Both the position numbers and the translations under genes were made by a program. This document shows positions 57,244 to 64,000 of a DNA stretch of 64,000 nucleotides, piece after piece. The notes under the pieces are model-generated. The model was not told where the DNA came from and searched no databases. It saw nothing but the letters and a program-made list of their open reading frames with translations. The DNA is from the human T2T-CHM13v2.0 reference genome, Homo sapiens, in NCBI RefSeq assembly GCF_009914755.1, contig NC_060938.1, one strand, 5' to 3'. The stretch's first letter is position 1. Each line of letters starts with the position of its first letter.

Positions 57244-58061
57244 TCAACAAACAAACAAACAAACAAACAAACAAACAAACAGGCTGAGTGCAGTGGCTCG
57301 CACTTAAAATCCCAGCACTTGAAGAGGCCGAGGTGGGAGCATTGCAGTGGGAGGATTGCTTGAGGCCAGGAGTTTGAGACTAGCCCAGGCAGCATAGTGA
57401 GACCCTATTTCTATAAAAAGTTAAAAATTAGCCAAGCATAGGGGCCTAGCTACTTGGGAGGGTGGCTTCTTGAGGCTGGAGGGTCACTTGAGCCCAAGGA
57501 TTCAAGGTTACAGTGATCTACAGGCTACAGTGCAGTGGTGTGATCACAGGTCACCACAAACTGGAACTCTTGGGCTCAGATGATCCTCCCGCCTCTTCCT
57601 CCTGAGTAGCTAAGACTATAGGCAAGTGCCATCATGCCCAGCTAGTTTTTTAAACTTTTTTGTAGAGATGGGTCTTGTTATGTTGCCCAGGCTGGTCGTG
57701 AATTCCTGGCCTCAAGTGGTCCTCTTATCTTGACCTCCCAAAGCACTGGGATTATAGGCATGAACCACCACACCTGGCCTCATTATGTTATTTCTAACTT
57801 GGTTTATTTTTGTTTGTGAAAATAATATTATTATTATTATTATTTTTGAGATAGAGTCTCACTCTGTCACCCAGGCTGGAGTGCAGTGGTGTGACAATAA
57901 TTTATATCATTAAAAAGTTTTAGGCCGGTTGCGGTGGCTCACACCTGTAATCGCAGCACTTTGGGAGGCCAAGGTGGGCAGATCACCTGAGGTCAGGAGT
58001 TCAAGACCAGCCTGGCCAACATGGCAAAACCCAGTCTCTACTAAAAATACAAAAAAAATTA

Positions 58062-58295
<234 letters not shown>

Positions 58296-58505
58296 TTAGT
58301 GCACCTGTCGCCTGAGTAGTATACATTGTACCCAATATGTAGTTTTTTATCCCTCTATATTATCATTATTGTTTGAGAAAATAAGACATTTTGTTCTTTC
58401 TCTGCCAATCTCTCTACCCCCAATCTCCTTGGCTTCAAAAACTTGTTTGCTTACTGTCTTTTGAGAAACTAAAGCTCCCTGTGATTTGTGATGTTCTCCA
58501 GGCAG

Positions 58506-58704
58506 GGGGCCCTTTCCTGGGATCATTGATCTGTTTGGGAGCAGCAGGGGCCTTTGTGAATACAGGGCCAGCCTCCTGGCCGGACATGGTTTTGCTGTGC
58601 TTGCCCTGGCTTATTTCAGATTTGAAGACCTCCCCGAAGATCTGAATGATGTACATCTGGAGTACTTTGAAGAAGCCGTGGACTTTATGCTGCAGCATCC
58701 AAAG
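58506..58704 (+). CDS. ACOT6: ACOT6 exon 2 (ancestral exon start 58502, frame-restoring start 58506); ATG at 58687 begins the 207-aa short form
   Basis: ctccag|gcag|GGGGCCCTTT..., encodes [22 protein letters not shown]...DFMLQHPK, donor AAG|GTGCGT. Confidence 0.88.
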
Positions 58705-59361
58705 GTGCGTTCTGGTGATCACCTGAGTGCAGAAGAGAGGGGATAGAGCTGATGCAGGGCTGAATCCAAAAGCCCTGCCAGAACACTGAGAACTAGAAAC
58801 ATGCCAGGAGATACCAAGTCTCCTTCAAAGGTTACTAGGGTGGAAGCTGGGCATGGTGATGTGCACCTGTAGTCCCAGCTACCTGGGAGGCTGAGGCCGG
58901 GGGATTGCTTGACCCCAGGAGTTCAAGACCAGCCTGGGCAACATTTAGTGAGACCCCTGTCTCAAAAAAAGTTTTTGTACTAGGATTATTATTTCCATTT
59001 TCTCCCATCTCTCTCTAATCCCTGAAGACTTGACTATTTAGTTGTCTTTGTAATTGTGGACCAAAATTCAAAGAGCACAGGACTAAAAAAAGTTCCAGCT
59101 CTGCATCTACCACAGAGTGGCCTTATGATTCTGAATAAGGCAGTTACTCTCTCTGGAGTTCAATTTTCCTCCTTAATAAGATTAATGTAAATGTATATAG
59201 AGAAAATGACTATAAAGAGATATTTTTTGAGACAACTGGAGACATTTGAATGAGAATGGTGTATTTGATTATATGAAGTAATCATTAATTTTGTTGGGTA
59301 TGATAATGGTATTATGGTTTTGTAAAGAAAGTCCTTATCTGATAACAGAAATAATTAATTA

Positions 59362-59653
<292 letters not shown>

Positions 59654-60433
59654 TCAAAAAAAAACCCAACAACAACAACGACAACAAATTTTGGTATAAT
59701 TAAAAATGGAATTATATATACTCTTTGTTATCATCCAGGTTTAAAGAGATCCAGACATTCTAATGTTAAGATATAAGATGTTCTGCAGGGTTCTCTCCCC
59801 CACAACCCCTAGTGCTCTTGGGATCCGGCACCCCAGAATTCTCTGCCAAACAGCTCTGATCCTGCTTCCAGGCCCTAAGCCTCTTTTCTGGGTTCGTCGG
59901 TGTATATATACCTAGGCCTTAAACATGCAAGCTGGGGTGTCCACACATATGTGTGAGAGGCCCCTTAAGGTCCACGAAGGAGCCAGTGATGGAAGAGAAG
60001 GAGTGTGGTGCAGGGCCCACGGGCTGACCTCTCCCCTATGTCACTTTCCAGTACAGAACTCCAGTGGATTCCAAGATTTTAAATTTGAGCCTGAACTTAT
60101 GAATTGTTATGGTGGTATATTTATCAAGGCAGGAGAAAATAATATACTGTATTTAACAGTTTGTTCATTTGATTTATAATTTTGAAATATTTAGGTATAG
60201 GGTGTCTGGGCCTCTGTGTATACTCCTGACCCAGTCCTCATAAATATTAGGGGATGACCCATTACTAGGAAATCAGTTGATTTGCTTATTAGAAGACATA
60301 TTTGAACTTTGCAGATTGTTGGATACGGAAGGAAAGCAAATGATAGTTAAGAAAGCTACTGGCGGGGCACGGTGGCTCATGCCTATAATCCCAGCACTTT
60401 GGGAGGCCAAGGCAGGCGGATCACTTGAGGTCA

Positions 60434-60682
<249 letters not shown>

Positions 60683-60745
60683 TCACTGTCTGTGTCCTCC
60701 ATTTATGAATTCTAAGCTTGTTTTCCTTCTCTTTTTCCTCAACAG

Positions 60746-61841
<1,096 letters not shown>

Positions 61842-62098
61842 TAGGTCCACGTAGGCTTAACCTTGATCTTATATGTAGGACCGGTCTTCACCTTAAGCAA
61901 GAGAAATGTAAGAAGTGCTTTCCCAACTCAGTTGCTGGCCCAGCTTTGGCCTCGTGTTCCCTTTCTGAGGACTGACCTTTGGTATTGCTCTGGAGTCTCA
62001 TATCCCCTTTGGCCCTAACTGACCACGTCTGAGTCTTGGGAAACTGCCCACTCGATTGCCTTAAGGAATGGACTCTGCCTCATTCTTTTTTTTTTTGA

Positions 62099-62407
<309 letters not shown>

Positions 62408-62552
62408 TGAACATTTACTCAAGACTTCTCCCTGGGCCGGGCACGGTGGCTCACGCCTGTAGTCCCAGCACTTGGGAGGCTAAGGCGTGTGGATCACCTG
62501 AGGTCAGGAGTTTGAGACCAGCCTGGCCAACATGATGAAATGATGAAACCTA

Positions 62553-62826
<274 letters not shown>

Positions 62827-64000
62827 TCATTGCCTGCCTGGAGGAATGCCTTGATGCCAAGATTTTCAGGACAATACCTTGCACGCCATGGCCTTCATCT
62901 TTGATGTCATGTTATACCTACCAAATCGGACTTCCTCCCACAACCATCTAGTCCAATTACCCTCCTACTGAGAAGGACTGGGACCTGTCTGCCTCAACCT
63001 ACTGCAGTATACTGGGCACTATCTAGAGTCATAACAGACCAGAGCAGAGAGTCTTCCTTGAGCATAAGAAAGTTTTTCTGTGATTTCACGGCACATCCCA
63101 TGATTTTCTGAGTACGTACAAAATCCTTCACCAATTTCAATCTATCCAAGCAAGTGCCCATTAGATCTTAACAATGAAAAGTTCCTTAGAGGTAACTTAA
63201 TTTTGATCAGTTGTTAAACTCTGTGTTGAGTATAGTCATTCACCTTGTAGTATAATTTTCCTTTCTTTCTTTCTTTTTTTTTTTTTTTTTTTTTTGAGAC
63301 AGTCTCACTCTGTCATCCTGGCTGGAGTATAGTGGCATGATCATGGCTTACTGCAGCCTCAACCTCCTGGGCTCAAGTGATCTTCTCACCTCAACTTCCC
63401 AAGTGACTGGGACTACAGGCATGCACCACCAAACCTGGCTAACTTTTTATTTTTTGTAGAGATGAGGTCTCATTACGTTGCCCGGGCTGGTCTCCAACTC
63501 CTGGGCTCAAGCGAACTGCCCCCCTAGGCCTCCCAAAGTGCTGGGATTACAGGCGTGAATCACTGCGCCTGGCCTGTGTAGTATAATTTTCTATGATGTG
63601 AATTCTGGGAGCCTATGCTTTAACTCACTCCCAAGTGGACCTGCTACTGTGGAGATGCTCTTGGGGTGGGAGATCACAGGAGGAAGATATGAGGAAAGTG
63701 GCAGGGAGGATGAGAAAGCAAAGGCCAAAAAGGTAGTCCCAGAAGTCATGCAGGAGAATGATGACTCCACATCTATATGTATTGAAGAACTAGGGCAAGA
63801 CAGCCCTAGACCTCGATTTCTTCCTTACAGATAAAGCAACCTAGAAATGGCATACACTGACTGAAGATATTTGCTTGCTTTTCCCTGAGAGGTGACTGTA
63901 TGTGGCCACCTGTCTCCAATATATATATTTTGACACAGAGTTTCGCTCTTGTTGCCCAGCCTGGAGTTCAGTGGTGCGATCTCGGCTCACCGCAACCTCT

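Overview
Human (primate) genomic DNA, very Alu-rich, carrying the type-I acyl-CoA thioesterase cluster (14q24.3). Three tandem + strand three-exon genes: ACOT2 (483 aa, N-terminal mitochondrial extension), ACOT4 (421 aa, C-terminal -PKL) and ACOT6. In ACOT6 the ancestral exon-1 donor is mutated GT>AT, but a GT 4 nt downstream plus an AG 4 nt downstream in exon 2 restore the frame (421 aa); a 207-aa product can also start in exon 2. Other features: an antisense NT5C processed pseudogene in ACOT2 intron 1, a degenerate tRNA-Lys(TTT), many solo or nested ERV LTRs with visible target-site duplications (MER11, three LTR12, LTR26/LTR9/MER50 nest, LTR3, LTR8, THE1), L1 fragments and MER20. Best leads: the compensatory splice shift in ACOT6, a perfect triple AGGTCA (DR5+DR1) element between ACOT2 and ACOT4, a divergent LTR12 pair upstream of ACOT2, a CpG-preserved LTR12 beside the ACOT4 island, and apparent exon-1 homogenisation among paralogues. 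Repeat subfamily names come from remembered consensus ends and need Dfam/RepeatMasker confirmation. Most ORFs in the supplied track are Alu artefacts.
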